The position numbers and the translations under genes are program-made. Shown in pieces: positions 1 to 8,809 of a stretch of DNA of 41,085 nt. Every line of letters starts with the position of its first letter. Position 1 is the stretch's first letter. The stretch comes from Pseudomonadota bacterium (GTDB taxonomy: Bacteria > Pseudomonadota > Alphaproteobacteria > UBA2136 > UBA6156). The DNA lies in contig RFNJ01000096.1 of NCBI GenBank assembly GCA_009927255.1, positions 1 through 41,085 on the forward strand. Direction: 5' to 3'. The notes beneath the pieces are model-generated. The model was not told the DNA's origin and did not search any database. It worked only from the letters and a program-made list of their open reading frames with translations.

Positions 1-2
1 TG

Positions 3-617
3 TTGGGCCGAGACCCCGGCGTCACCTTGGCCGCCCACGATTACTTGGTGAACGTCTCCGGCGTGCTTAAGTCAGCGGGCCTCATCGAAGAACAAAAGTT
101 CCAAGTTTTGGCCACTTCCGCCAGCCGCGATGGCCTCACCGGCCTCTACGACAAATCCACTTTCGCCCGCCTGCTCTCCGATGAACTGGCCCGCCAAGCT
201 CGTTTCGGCCGTCCGGTCACGCTGGTGTTGGTGGATATCGACCACTTTAAAAAACTGAACGACACCTTCGGCCACGCTGATGGCGACGTGGTGCTTGCCC
301 AAGTGGCCCAACTCATCGCCGCCCAAGCCCGCAGTACCGATAGCTGCGGGCGGTTTGGTGGCGAAGAATTCGGCGTCATTTTGCCCGAAGTAGACGCCCA
401 AGCAGGGAATTTATTGGCCGAACGGATCCGCGCCAACGTGGAAAGATATTTCACCACCACGCCCTACAAAGTCACCGTCAGCATTGGTGTTGCCAACGGC
501 ACACCGGGAGTCAAGGCCGAAGACCTCGTCCGCGCCGCCGACGCCGCGCTGTATCAAGCCAAACACCAAGGCCGCAACCGCGTTTGTTTAGCCACCGAAA
601 TCGTCACCACGATTTAA
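3..617 (+). CDS. GGDEF diguanylate cyclase (5' end truncated by window)
   Basis: DGLTGLY, DIDHFKKLNDTFGHADGD, intact GGEEF active site with RxxD (RSTD) I-site five residues upstream, ADAALYQAKHQGRNRV. Confidence 0.95.
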   Translation: MGRDPGVTLAAHDYLVNVSGVLKSAGLIEEQKFQVLATSASRDGLTGLYDKSTFARLLSDELARQARFGRPVTLVLVDIDHFKKLNDTFGHADGDVVLAQVAQLIAAQARSTDSCGRFGGEEFGVILPEVDAQAGNLLAERIRANVERYFTTTPYKVTVSIGVANGTPGVKAEDLVRAADAALYQAKHQGRNRVCLATEIVTTI

Positions 618-621
618 GGTA

Positions 622-650
622 TTGACAATTCAACCTGTTCGCCATATTTA
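622..650 (+). promoter_or_regulatory. Putative sigma70 promoter with no downstream same-strand CDS
   Basis: TTGACA (622-627), 17-bp spacer, TATTTA. Confidence 0.45.
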
Positions 651-656
651 GGCTAC

Positions 657-876
657 TCATTACTTAACACGCCGCATCATAAATTAGCCCATTTCCCAGT
701 TCCCCAGCTACCAGTGATGGGCTGACGGAGGAGTCGGAAAGCCCCTTAATAGCTGCTAACTGCGGGCCATCACTGGTTGGCGCTTCCCCCGCAAGCAGCA
801 GCTTTCCCCACAATGGTTACAGAGGGTGCAAACTCTGCAACCACCCCCCACAGCGCACAGCTGTGGGGGCTCTTTC
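657..876 (+). ncRNA. Candidate structured small RNA
   Basis: Lies between a TTGACA promoter and a terminator hairpin; 10-bp stem CCAGTGATGG(711-720)/CCATCACTGG(767-776), hairpin GGTTACAGAG/CTCTGCAACC, repeated TTCCC(C) tracts. Confidence 0.35.
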
Positions 877-880
877 ATTT
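846..880 (+). terminator. Intrinsic terminator-like hairpin between convergent genes
   Basis: CCCCCACAGC-gcaca-GCTGTGGGGG followed by CTCTTTCATTT. Confidence 0.6.
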
Positions 881-2699
881 ACACCACCGCATCCTTCACC
901 TGCACATCCAACAACGCCTTGCCATTAAACACCCGCGGCCGCAGCGTTGCCGCCAAAGTTAGCGCCCGCCCACCCGATTGCCCCAGCACCGCCCCCAGCG
1001 GCGTATTCATCGCCCCAAAGCAAATCGCATCCACCCCACCACCACCCACACCGGCCAGCCGCAGGCGCAAGTGTTCTTGGGTCGCCCCCACCGGCTTGGC
1101 ATGCACAATCCGCGCTTGCTCCAAGGCCAAAACTGGCTCGGGATTACCATTGCCAAACGGCCCCAACTGCTGCAGCGCCTGCCCCATGTCCGGCGTCAAG
1201 TTCGCCACACTCGCCCGCGCCGCAATCCCCAACTGCGGCGCCAACCGCACCGCCAGCGGAATATCCGCCATAGTACTATCTTGGGCCAACTGTGCCGCCA
1301 AAGCCTGCGCCAACAATCGCCCAAACGCCGCCAAGTTGGCAGGCTGTAAGGTAATCCCCGCCGCCATCGCATGCCCGCCACCACTCAGCAGCACATCGCC
1401 GCACGCCCGCACTGCCGCACCCAAATCCAGGCCAACCACACTGCGTCCCGACCCCTTCAACACTCCATGCTCATCCACCCCCAGCACAAAGGTCGGGCGG
1501 TTAAACCGCTCCTTCACCCGCGCCGCCACAATCCCTGCCACCCCGGGGTGCCAGCCTTGGCCATGCAGCACCAGCGCCAATGTTGCATCGGTAAATTGCC
1601 CTTCGGCTTGCGCCAATGCCTCGCGCAAAACCTCTTTCTCAATCGCCTGCCGCTGGGTGTTTAATTCCTGAAGCCGCTGAGCGAAAACCAACGCCTGCGC
1701 ATCATCATCAGTCAGCAATAAATCCATTGCGCTGCGCGCACTCTCCACCCGCCCCGCCGCATTCAGCCGTGGCGCCAAGCCAAAGGCCAGACCGATGGCG
1801 CTCACATCATCCCGCACCCCCGCTACGCTGGCCAACGCCGCCAAGCCGCGATGCTGCCACGTCGCCAACTGCTGTAAACCTTTGGCCACCAGCACGCGGT
1901 TATAGTCCACCAACGGCATCACATCCGCCACCGTGGCCAGCGCCACCATTCCCAGCAACGGGGTGAGTGAAGGCTCTACCCGCTCCTTAAAAAACCCACT
2001 CTCGCGCAAATGCCGATTCAGCGCCATCAGCACATAAAAAATCACCCCGCTGGCACACAGGTTCTGTAACGGGCTGGCACAGTCGGCACGCTGCGGATTC
2101 ACAATCGCCAACGCCGGCGGCAAGCTCGCCCCCGGCTGGTGGTGGTCGGTCACAATCACTTCCATCCCCAAGGCTTGGGCTTCAGCCAAAGCTTCATGCG
2201 CGGTGGTGCCGGTATCTACCGTTACCAGCAGCCGCACGCCTTGCCCATGCAATACGCGCATGGCGGCTGGGTTGGGCCCATACCCCTCACTCAACCGCTC
2301 CGGAATATAAACAATCGGCTCCGCCCCAAATCCACGCAAATACCGCACCAAAATCGCACACGCACAGGTGCCATCCACATCATAATCACCAAAAATCCCC
2401 ACCACTTCACGCGCCACAATCGCCTGCGCCAAGCGTCGCACCGCCACATCAAGGTCTTTCAGCGTAAACGGCGGAGGCAATTGCTCCAACCGCGGGTTCA
2501 AAAACACCGTCGCTCGCTCCGCCAAACCAAACCCCCGCGCCGCCAAAATCTGGGCAATCAACGGCGACATCCCCGTGCTCTGCGCCAAAGCCGCCGCCTG
2601 CCGAGAATTCCCCTCCGCCCAAACCCACCGCTGCCCAAGCACTGAAAGCTTATCCCCGCCCAAAGGCGCCAAAACCGCTGCCGCATTGCCCATATTCAT
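879..2699 (-). CDS. recJ: ssDNA-specific exonuclease RecJ
   Basis: GDYDVDG, EGYG, TVDTG, TDHH, APRLNAAGR, GSGRS, GGGHAMAAG, GPFGNGNPEP motifs. Confidence 0.97.
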   Translation of the reverse strand: MNMGNAAAVLAPLGGDKLSVLGQRWVWAEGNSRQAAALAQSTGMSPLIAQILAARGFGLAERATVFLNPRLEQLPPPFTLKDLDVAVRRLAQAIVAREVVGIFGDYDVDGTCACAILVRYLRGFGAEPIVYIPERLSEGYGPNPAAMRVLHGQGVRLLVTVDTGTTAHEALAEAQALGMEVIVTDHHQPGASLPPALAIVNPQRADCASPLQNLCASGVIFYVLMALNRHLRESGFFKERVEPSLTPLLGMVALATVADVMPLVDYNRVLVAKGLQQLATWQHRGLAALASVAGVRDDVSAIGLAFGLAPRLNAAGRVESARSAMDLLLTDDDAQALVFAQRLQELNTQRQAIEKEVLREALAQAEGQFTDATLALVLHGQGWHPGVAGIVAARVKERFNRPTFVLGVDEHGVLKGSGRSVVGLDLGAAVRACGDVLLSGGGHAMAAGITLQPANLAAFGRLLAQALAAQLAQDSTMADIPLAVRLAPQLGIAARASVANLTPDMGQALQQLGPFGNGNPEPVLALEQARIVHAKPVGATQEHLRLRLAGVGGGGVDAICFGAMNTPLGAVLGQSGGRALTLAATLRPRVFNGKALLDVQVKDAVV

Positions 2700-2715
2700 C
2701 CTCTACCCATAGCAC

Positions 2716-2740
2716 AAAAAAGCCGCCTCTAGGGCGGCTT
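2716..2740 (-). terminator. Intrinsic terminator of the phasin gene
   Basis: Minus strand AAGCCGCC-ctaga-GGCGGCTT followed by a T run. Confidence 0.8.
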
Positions 2741-2762
2741 GGATGCCTATAAAATAAGCAGA

Positions 2763-3251
2763 TTAGGAGCTACGCTTGCTACCTTCTTGGCTACCCTGCT
2801 TGCCCCACTCCATCCCCTGCATCATTTGTTTGCTGATGATGTCACTGCACTGGCTCTGCGCCTTCTGCCAATAGCTGGCCATTTCTTGGGCGCAGCTTTG
2901 GGCTTTTTCGGCAGCTTTTTGGCTCAGTTGGGTTTGCTTTTGCATATATTCTTCCATGCCCTTGGCGCTGCCCAGTTCGCGCATCGCTTCAATGCAATCT
3001 TCCATGGTGCTTTGGGCGTATTTAAACTGCTTTTCGGTGCAGGTGCTGCAAGTGTCGGCAATGGTGGTGCTCACCTTCTTCATAATTTCCATGTTCTGCT
3101 TGCCAGCCTGCATGCTGGCGCTCATTGCGGTGTTCATGTCCCACATTTTCTGCATCGTGGTCTGAAAGTTTTGGGCATAGTTCGCAGGGTCAAACATCTT
3201 GGCAAATTCAGGGTTCATCATGGCAGGATTAAACATGGCAATAGCATCCAT
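2763..3251 (-). CDS. Phasin family (PHA granule-associated) protein
   Basis: 162 aa helical Q/M/A-rich protein with phasin-like pattern (KQNMEIM...KQFKYAQSTMED...QKQTQLSQKAAEKAQSCAQEMASYWQKAQ); own terminator. Confidence 0.75.
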   Translation of the reverse strand: MDAIAMFNPAMMNPEFAKMFDPANYAQNFQTTMQKMWDMNTAMSASMQAGKQNMEIMKKVSTTIADTCSTCTEKQFKYAQSTMEDCIEAMRELGSAKGMEEYMQKQTQLSQKAAEKAQSCAQEMASYWQKAQSQCSDIISKQMMQGMEWGKQGSQEGSKRSS

Positions 3252-3379
3252 TGGTTGTTCTTATGTCGTCAAATCTTACCCACCCCACACCCATTGTCAA
3301 CCACTTTTTTTCACCGCACCAAAGCCCCTGCTGCCTTTTTATCCCAAATATCACACCAGCCAACCAAACAGCCAAGTAT

Positions 3380-4804
3380 TCACTTCTTATCGGCAGTTAT
3401 CGGCGGGTTCTTAATCCCCGCCGTGGTCACCTTCGGCTTGCTGTTTTTCTCTCTAAATTGCGTTTGTGGTTTCAGGCTTACGGCGCTAATTGCCTTCTCA
3501 ACTTGGTTAATACTCCCCGCATATTGGGCATTGGCTGTCGGTGCCGCCTGCACGTTGTTCATATAAGCCGCATCTTTGCCAGTAAGGGTTGGTGCTGCCC
3601 CATGGCTTTCCTCTTTCCACGCTAGCCCTGCGGTCACAATCCGCTGCCGCCAGGTGTTCTCCACAAAGCGCCGTGGCTTAAACTCTGAGGCAATCCCCTC
3701 CTGCGGCCGCGTCAAAAACGCCAAGATATTCCCCGCCGCCGCAGGGGCATACGTCACCTCGCGCCCTACCCACCCCACCGAATATATAATGTTCGGCTGG
3801 GTGCTCCATGGCCCCAGCGCAGGCAAAAAGTCGGGCGTCACCCACTGGGTATAAGCCGCTACTGCGGGCGCTGGCGCCGGGCCAAAGTGCTGGTAAAGGG
3901 TCGGGAATAATTTCTCCATATGCTGCTTCAAGTTCACCACCAGCGCATCATCCGGCTCGGTTTTGGGGGTGGCTTGGCGCGGCTCCAAAATCGCATCATA
4001 AAACACATCCACATGCCCACCGCGCTGCACAATCAGCATATGCCCTTCCTGCAAACGCGTCACCAGCAGCGGCAAATCAAGCGTGCTGGCAACGTCTGGC
4101 GCCACATCAAAGCCCAAATAGTGCCCCCGCGCAGGCCGCAGCGGCGGCAGCATCGCCGCCGGAACCAACTTCTTCGCCAGCTCCACACTACTTAAAACCA
4201 CATAACTCGGCTCCACCGCACTGCCATCGGCCAGCGTCAAGCGCACACTTGCTGGCCCATGAATGCCCAGCTCCAGCCCCACCACCGCCGCGCTTAACGT
4301 GCCAATACCCCGCTCGGCAATCGCCGTTTGTAAAATCTCCTCCAGATTTGGCACCAGCATCTGCCCGCCTTCATCAAACTTTGCTCCCCGCACCGTGCTA
4401 CCCGCCAACCATTTGCGTAAGTTTTCCGCCAGCATTTCGGTGGGTAAAAAAGTAATTTTCTCCCCCGCCAAAGCATCAATCACCGCCTCATCACGCAGCA
4501 GCTTTTCGCGCCCGGGGCTACTGGCAAGGTCGGCGGTGGGCTTGGGTTGCAGCAAGGCGGGCAAACCAAGCCGCTCACTGGCACTGCGCCACAGGTTAAT
4601 GCTGTGCTGGAAAAGCGACGGCAACCCCCCATCGGCATTAATGGAAACCAGCTCCGGATTCATCGGCAAAATCCCCCGTGCGGGCTGCGGCACCAGCACC
4701 ACCGGCAGCCCTTTATGCTGAATTTCCAGCGCCAGCAACAGCGCCGCAGGCCCATGGCCCACAATCACAATCGGCTTGCTCGCATCCATCTGCACATCGT
4801 CCAT
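3380..4804 (-). CDS. Divergent FAD-dependent oxidoreductase (D-amino acid oxidase/glycine oxidase-like)
   Basis: N-terminal Rossmann IVIVGHGPAALLLALE, PLRPARGH, TPDFLPALGP, GWVGREVTYAP; start set at ATG 4804 to avoid overlap with folD. Confidence 0.7.
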   Translation of the reverse strand: MDDVQMDASKPIVIVGHGPAALLLALEIQHKGLPVVLVPQPARGILPMNPELVSINADGGLPSLFQHSINLWRSASERLGLPALLQPKPTADLASSPGREKLLRDEAVIDALAGEKITFLPTEMLAENLRKWLAGSTVRGAKFDEGGQMLVPNLEEILQTAIAERGIGTLSAAVVGLELGIHGPASVRLTLADGSAVEPSYVVLSSVELAKKLVPAAMLPPLRPARGHYLGFDVAPDVASTLDLPLLVTRLQEGHMLIVQRGGHVDVFYDAILEPRQATPKTEPDDALVVNLKQHMEKLFPTLYQHFGPAPAPAVAAYTQWVTPDFLPALGPWSTQPNIIYSVGWVGREVTYAPAAAGNILAFLTRPQEGIASEFKPRRFVENTWRQRIVTAGLAWKEESHGAAPTLTGKDAAYMNNVQAAPTANAQYAGSINQVEKAISAVSLKPQTQFREKNSKPKVTTAGIKNPPITADKK

Positions 4805-4882
4805 GCCATCAATCTGCCGCCACCTCAGGCGCCAAAGCAAGCACGGCTTGACGTCCCCCGCCACAGCAAGCAAAGTGCCGCG

Positions 4883-5806
4883 ATGCCAAAGCCACACCTG
4901 CCCAACTCCAACCACACCCACATCCTCAGCGGCCTACCGCTGCGCGATGCCCTGTTGGCGCAGGTCAAAGCCCAACTCCAAACCCACCGCCTCACCCCTT
5001 CATTGCATATCATTCAAGTGGGCAACAATCCCGCCAGCACCGCCTACATCACTCGCAAACAAGCTGCCTGCGCCCAAGTCGGCATCACCAGCCAGTTGCA
5101 CCAACTGCCCGAAACCACCGCCGAATCCACCCTCGCCACCACCATCAAAAAACTCCAAACCAGCCACCATCCCACCGCCATCATCATCCAAACCCCATTG
5201 CCCGTCGGCTGGAACACCCCAGCCGCGCTCAACCTCGTCCCCGCCGCACAGGATGCCGACGGCCTCAGCCACAGCAGCATCGCCCTGCGCCAAAACCAAA
5301 GCCCCACCGTGCTGCTGCCCGCCACGCCGCTTGCCGTGCTGCGCCTGCTGGAACATGCGGGCGTGCAATTGGCAGGCACCCCCATCGCCGTCATCGGTAA
5401 AGGCATGGTCGTCGGCGCCCCGCTGCGCCACATGCTCAGCCAAGCCGGCGCCCACGTTATCGGTATCGATAAATCCACCGCTAACCCCGCCCAAAAATGC
5501 CAACAAGCCCAAGTGGTGGTCAGTGCGGCTGGCGTGCCCAACCTCGTCACCGCCGCATGGCTCACCAAGGGCGCCGTTGTCATAGATGTCGGCATCACGC
5601 GCCAAGCCAGCAAACTGGTCGGCGATGCCAATGCAAGTAGCCTCCAAAATCACGCCCGTATCCTCACCCCCGTCCCCGGCGGCGTCGGGCCAGTCACCGT
5701 CGCCAGCATCCTCACCAACGTTGCGGACGCCGCCTTCCAGCAAGCCAACCTCCCCCGCCCACAGTGGCATATCCCCCGCGCCACCATCCCACTGTCCGCA
5801 TATTAA
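4883..5806 (+). CDS. folD: Methylenetetrahydrofolate dehydrogenase/cyclohydrolase FolD
   Basis: QVGNNPASTAY, IIIQTPLP, DADG, PATP, VIGKGMVVGAP, VIDVGI, TPVPGGVGPVT; ATG 4883. Confidence 0.95.
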   Translation: MPKPHLPNSNHTHILSGLPLRDALLAQVKAQLQTHRLTPSLHIIQVGNNPASTAYITRKQAACAQVGITSQLHQLPETTAESTLATTIKKLQTSHHPTAIIIQTPLPVGWNTPAALNLVPAAQDADGLSHSSIALRQNQSPTVLLPATPLAVLRLLEHAGVQLAGTPIAVIGKGMVVGAPLRHMLSQAGAHVIGIDKSTANPAQKCQQAQVVVSAAGVPNLVTAAWLTKGAVVIDVGITRQASKLVGDANASSLQNHARILTPVPGGVGPVTVASILTNVADAAFQQANLPRPQWHIPRATIPLSAY

Positions 5807-5816
5807 CCACCGCACA

Positions 5817-5845
5817 TTGACGCGCCAAACCCCACCCCCCATAAT
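5817..5845 (+). promoter_or_regulatory. sigma70 promoter of the DUF305 gene
   Basis: TTGACG-N17-CATAAT; AGGAG Shine-Dalgarno before ATG 5891. Confidence 0.6.
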
Positions 5846-5890
5846 CCCCCCAATAAAAATTAAAAACTCAAAATAAATCAGGAGCCTTCC

Positions 5891-6709
5891 ATGCCCCACA
5901 TCCGCCCTATGTATAGCCTCATCATCGCCCTCACTCTCGCCGCCCCCATTGCCATCGCCCAAGAAACCCCGGTCGTTGAAGACCACAGCGCGCATATGAT
6001 GGCCACCCCCGCCCCCGCCGCCCAAACGTCCTCCACCCAAGCCTTCCTCCAAGCCAACGATAAAATGCACAAAGGCATGAACATCACCTTCACCGGCGAT
6101 GCCGACACCGACTTCATCATGGGCATGATTCCCCACCACCAAGGCGCCATCGACATGGCCAAAGTCGTCATCAAACACGGCAAAGACCCCGAAGTGAAAA
6201 TGCTCGCGAATGACATCATCAAAGCCCAAGATAAAGAAATCCGCTGGATGCAAGACTGGCTCGAACTCCACGGCCCCAAAACCACCACCAGCCCCGCCAC
6301 CACGCCTGCGGCTGCCCAAGCTGCGGTGTTGGATAGCATGGAAAGCCAAATCCAAGCCGCCCAGCAAAAGGTCAACGAAATCGAAAAACGCATCGAAGCC
6401 AAACCCGCAATGCCGATGTTAGAACCAACTCTCGAAACCATGCCAGAAAGCATCGTTCCAGCAACCACAACCCCCACCACCATCTCCCCAACCGTTACCA
6501 ATAAAACCACCAAAGTCACCACCGAAATGATCCAAAAAGATACCGAAAAACTCATGGCCCCCATCGCTGCCGAAGTCGCCACCGAAGCCTCTGCCACCAT
6601 CAAAACCGTGTCCGAAAAACTCGACGAAATCAGCCCCGAAGCTGCCAACTCAGGCATGATGCCCGAAGAAGATCCCACCACCTTCCGCCAACCCGGCATG
6701 TCCTACTGA
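5891..6709 (+). CDS. Exported DUF305/CopM-like metal-binding protein with low-complexity C-terminal extension
   Basis: Signal peptide; MHKGM..TGDADTDFIMGMIPHHQGAIDMA..GKDPEVKMLANDIIKAQDKEIRWMQDWL. Confidence 0.85.
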   Translation: MPHIRPMYSLIIALTLAAPIAIAQETPVVEDHSAHMMATPAPAAQTSSTQAFLQANDKMHKGMNITFTGDADTDFIMGMIPHHQGAIDMAKVVIKHGKDPEVKMLANDIIKAQDKEIRWMQDWLELHGPKTTTSPATTPAAAQAAVLDSMESQIQAAQQKVNEIEKRIEAKPAMPMLEPTLETMPESIVPATTTPTTISPTVTNKTTKVTTEMIQKDTEKLMAPIAAEVATEASATIKTVSEKLDEISPEAANSGMMPEEDPTTFRQPGMSY

Positions 6710-6727
6710 TAAAGTGACCGCGCAGCG

Positions 6728-6753
6728 GTCATGCCGGCGAAGGCCGGTATCCA
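6728..6753 (+). repeat. REP-like palindromic unit
   Basis: GTCATGCCGGC-GAAG-GCCGGTATCCA resembles the GTCATCCCGGCGAAGGCCGGGATCCA-type extragenic palindromes I recall from Alphaproteobacteria. Confidence 0.55.
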
Positions 6754-6816
6754 CGAAAACAGATTATATGAGTAGCACAACACTCAATAAAATCCTGTAA
6801 AAAAAAAGGGAAAAAC

Positions 6817-8799
6817 CTACCCCTTCTTCATATTCATCATTAACACCCCCCCCACCCCCAATAAAGCCAAAACCAGCCCCGCCGCCTGCCCAAAATTGGC
6901 CGAAAAATGGAAAATCATCGTCGCCAACCCCATCATCCCCACCGGCAGCAGCACCATCATCATACCACCAGCCCCCTTGTCATGAATTGCCATATTGCCA
7001 AACTTTTTCGGGTCGTGTTTACGCCCCCGCTCCAACGCCTCACGCTGGTTGGCCAGCAGGCCAAAGCGCGGGTCATCAATCAACCGTAACGCCCCCTCAA
7101 AAGCGGCAATAATCTCATAAAAACTGGCAAATCCACCACGCCGCGCCGTCTCGGCAATCAGTTCGCTGGCCAGTGGGTTAATTGCCATCGGCAGCTGCCA
7201 GCGCCGGTAAAAATGGTTGTAGGGGATTAAATTCGGCGTAAACCGCTGCCGTGGCTTGTTGCTGCCAATGCCTGCCGCCAGCAAATGGTCCATCTGCCAG
7301 TTGGTCAGCCACGGTTTTATGTCTGCCCACACAGTCGGCTTAATCCGCTCTTTCTCCATCACTTTCAGGCTATTCAGCAGTTTGTCGCAGTGGGCCAGTA
7401 GCGGCCCATCGCTCACCGTTTCATCGGCGGGCAGCAAATAGGGCAGCCGCACGTCCTTAAACGGCGTCACCACCATCGCCCACATATACCAATAATTCAG
7501 CGTGCTATCCTGCAGCAGCATCCGCAGTTCTTGGTCGGGGAACACATTCTCCCGCCACGCCCGCCCATCCAGCGCCATATAAAACAGCACTTGGTCAAAG
7601 CTTGGCGTGGGGCACACCTGCGCCATGGTGTTCAAAAACCTCACCCGCACAAACCACCCCATGCTGCCGGTTTGCAGCGGCAGTTGGCGCATGCTGCGCG
7701 CCACTTCGCTATAGTTTTCATAGGCAAGGTGCAAATTCTTTTCAACCTCATCCACCAGTTCCAGCTGTGGCTTGGGTAAATTCACCGCATGCACCAATTG
7801 GGGGTGGAACCACACCACATACAGCGCCGCCCCCCCCAGCGCCCGCAGCGTCACATCGCGCATCGCCTCAAACTCCGCCGTTGTCCATACATCGGGGGTT
7901 ATGCTCGCCAGCAGCGCCCACACCCGCAGCGGCAGGGTGCCATGGCTTAGCAAACCATCCTTGCCCATCAGGTTTTTTGGCTCCAGCACACCCGTCTCGC
8001 GTACCCACTCCAGCACGCGCTCGTGGCCAAAGTGGCGCTCACTGCTTAGCGCCAAGTAGCGGTAAAACATTAAGCGTTCGGGCCGTATCTTCTCGCTAAA
8101 AATCATGCTGCGCTGGGCAAATTCCCGCGCCTCTGGCAGCATGGTCGGGGCTTGGTTGTTGGTCAAATAATATAAAACTTGGCTCAAAAGGGCTAAAATG
8201 GTGTGGTTATGCGGGTCACCCTGCAGCACATTTTTCAGCAAGGTCACGGTGTCCATTGCCCGCCCCGCCTCAAAGGCCCGCACTGCCTGCTGTAGCTTGC
8301 TTAAAACGGGTAATGAAACATTCATCCGCTCACTCTGTTCCCGTGTCATCAGCTCCAGCTCATTGTGCATCAGCGCAAAGCAAACCGCCGCTGGCCCTTG
8401 CAGCTTGTCGGTGGCACGGGTGGGGATAACCTGCGCCATCTCCTGCCACCGTACCAACATGCCATTCAGCAAGCCATCCGGCGCCTCGGCCATTGCCCGT
8501 GGCGCGCTAAATTGCCCCCTGTCAGCCACCGGCACCGCCTGCTCCGCCAACGCCGTACTGGGCTGTTCAATCACCGGCTCTGCCGCTGCCACATAGCGCC
8601 GTTGGTCGGCCAAAACTGCGCGCTGCACTTTGCTGAAAAACGCCAATACATCACGGCTAACCGGAATCAACACCCGCCGCCCATGCTCGTCATCGGCGCT
8701 ACGGCTTTTTTCAATCCGCAGGTTGCGGCGTTCCTGCTGGCGCTTATCCACCTGTCGGCGCAGGGTGGCCAGGGTGTTGCGCATCTCTGCCAGGCTCAT
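6817..8799 (-). CDS. Hypothetical protein with TPR-like segment and two C-terminal TM helices
   Basis: ~660-codon ORF; TPR-like AVRAFEAGRAMDTVTLLKNVLQGDPHNHTILALLSQVLY; hydrophobic C-terminus; ATG 10 nt after the upstream stop. Confidence 0.8.
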   Translation of the reverse strand: MSLAEMRNTLATLRRQVDKRQQERRNLRIEKSRSADDEHGRRVLIPVSRDVLAFFSKVQRAVLADQRRYVAAAEPVIEQPSTALAEQAVPVADRGQFSAPRAMAEAPDGLLNGMLVRWQEMAQVIPTRATDKLQGPAAVCFALMHNELELMTREQSERMNVSLPVLSKLQQAVRAFEAGRAMDTVTLLKNVLQGDPHNHTILALLSQVLYYLTNNQAPTMLPEAREFAQRSMIFSEKIRPERLMFYRYLALSSERHFGHERVLEWVRETGVLEPKNLMGKDGLLSHGTLPLRVWALLASITPDVWTTAEFEAMRDVTLRALGGAALYVVWFHPQLVHAVNLPKPQLELVDEVEKNLHLAYENYSEVARSMRQLPLQTGSMGWFVRVRFLNTMAQVCPTPSFDQVLFYMALDGRAWRENVFPDQELRMLLQDSTLNYWYMWAMVVTPFKDVRLPYLLPADETVSDGPLLAHCDKLLNSLKVMEKERIKPTVWADIKPWLTNWQMDHLLAAGIGSNKPRQRFTPNLIPYNHFYRRWQLPMAINPLASELIAETARRGGFASFYEIIAAFEGALRLIDDPRFGLLANQREALERGRKHDPKKFGNMAIHDKGAGGMMMVLLPVGMMGLATMIFHFSANFGQAAGLVLALLGVGGVLMMNMKKG

Positions 8800-8809
8800 G
8801 GTCGCACCG

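Noticed and set aside
711-776. Hammerhead-ribozyme-like three-way junction (CTGACGG...GAAA)
   Set aside because: The core is CUGACGG rather than CUGANGA, there is no proper stem II, and there is no UH cleavage site before stem I
815-875. tRNA- or permuted tmRNA-like T-arm and acceptor (GGTGCAAACTC...ACCCCCA...GGGGGC)
   Set aside because: No canonical T-arm, no CCA end, and no tag reading frame (ANDN...) follows
4547-4921. Apparent long overlap of the folD and oxidoreductase ORFs
   Set aside because: Artefact of longest-ORF calling; homology and promoters place the starts at 4883 and 4804
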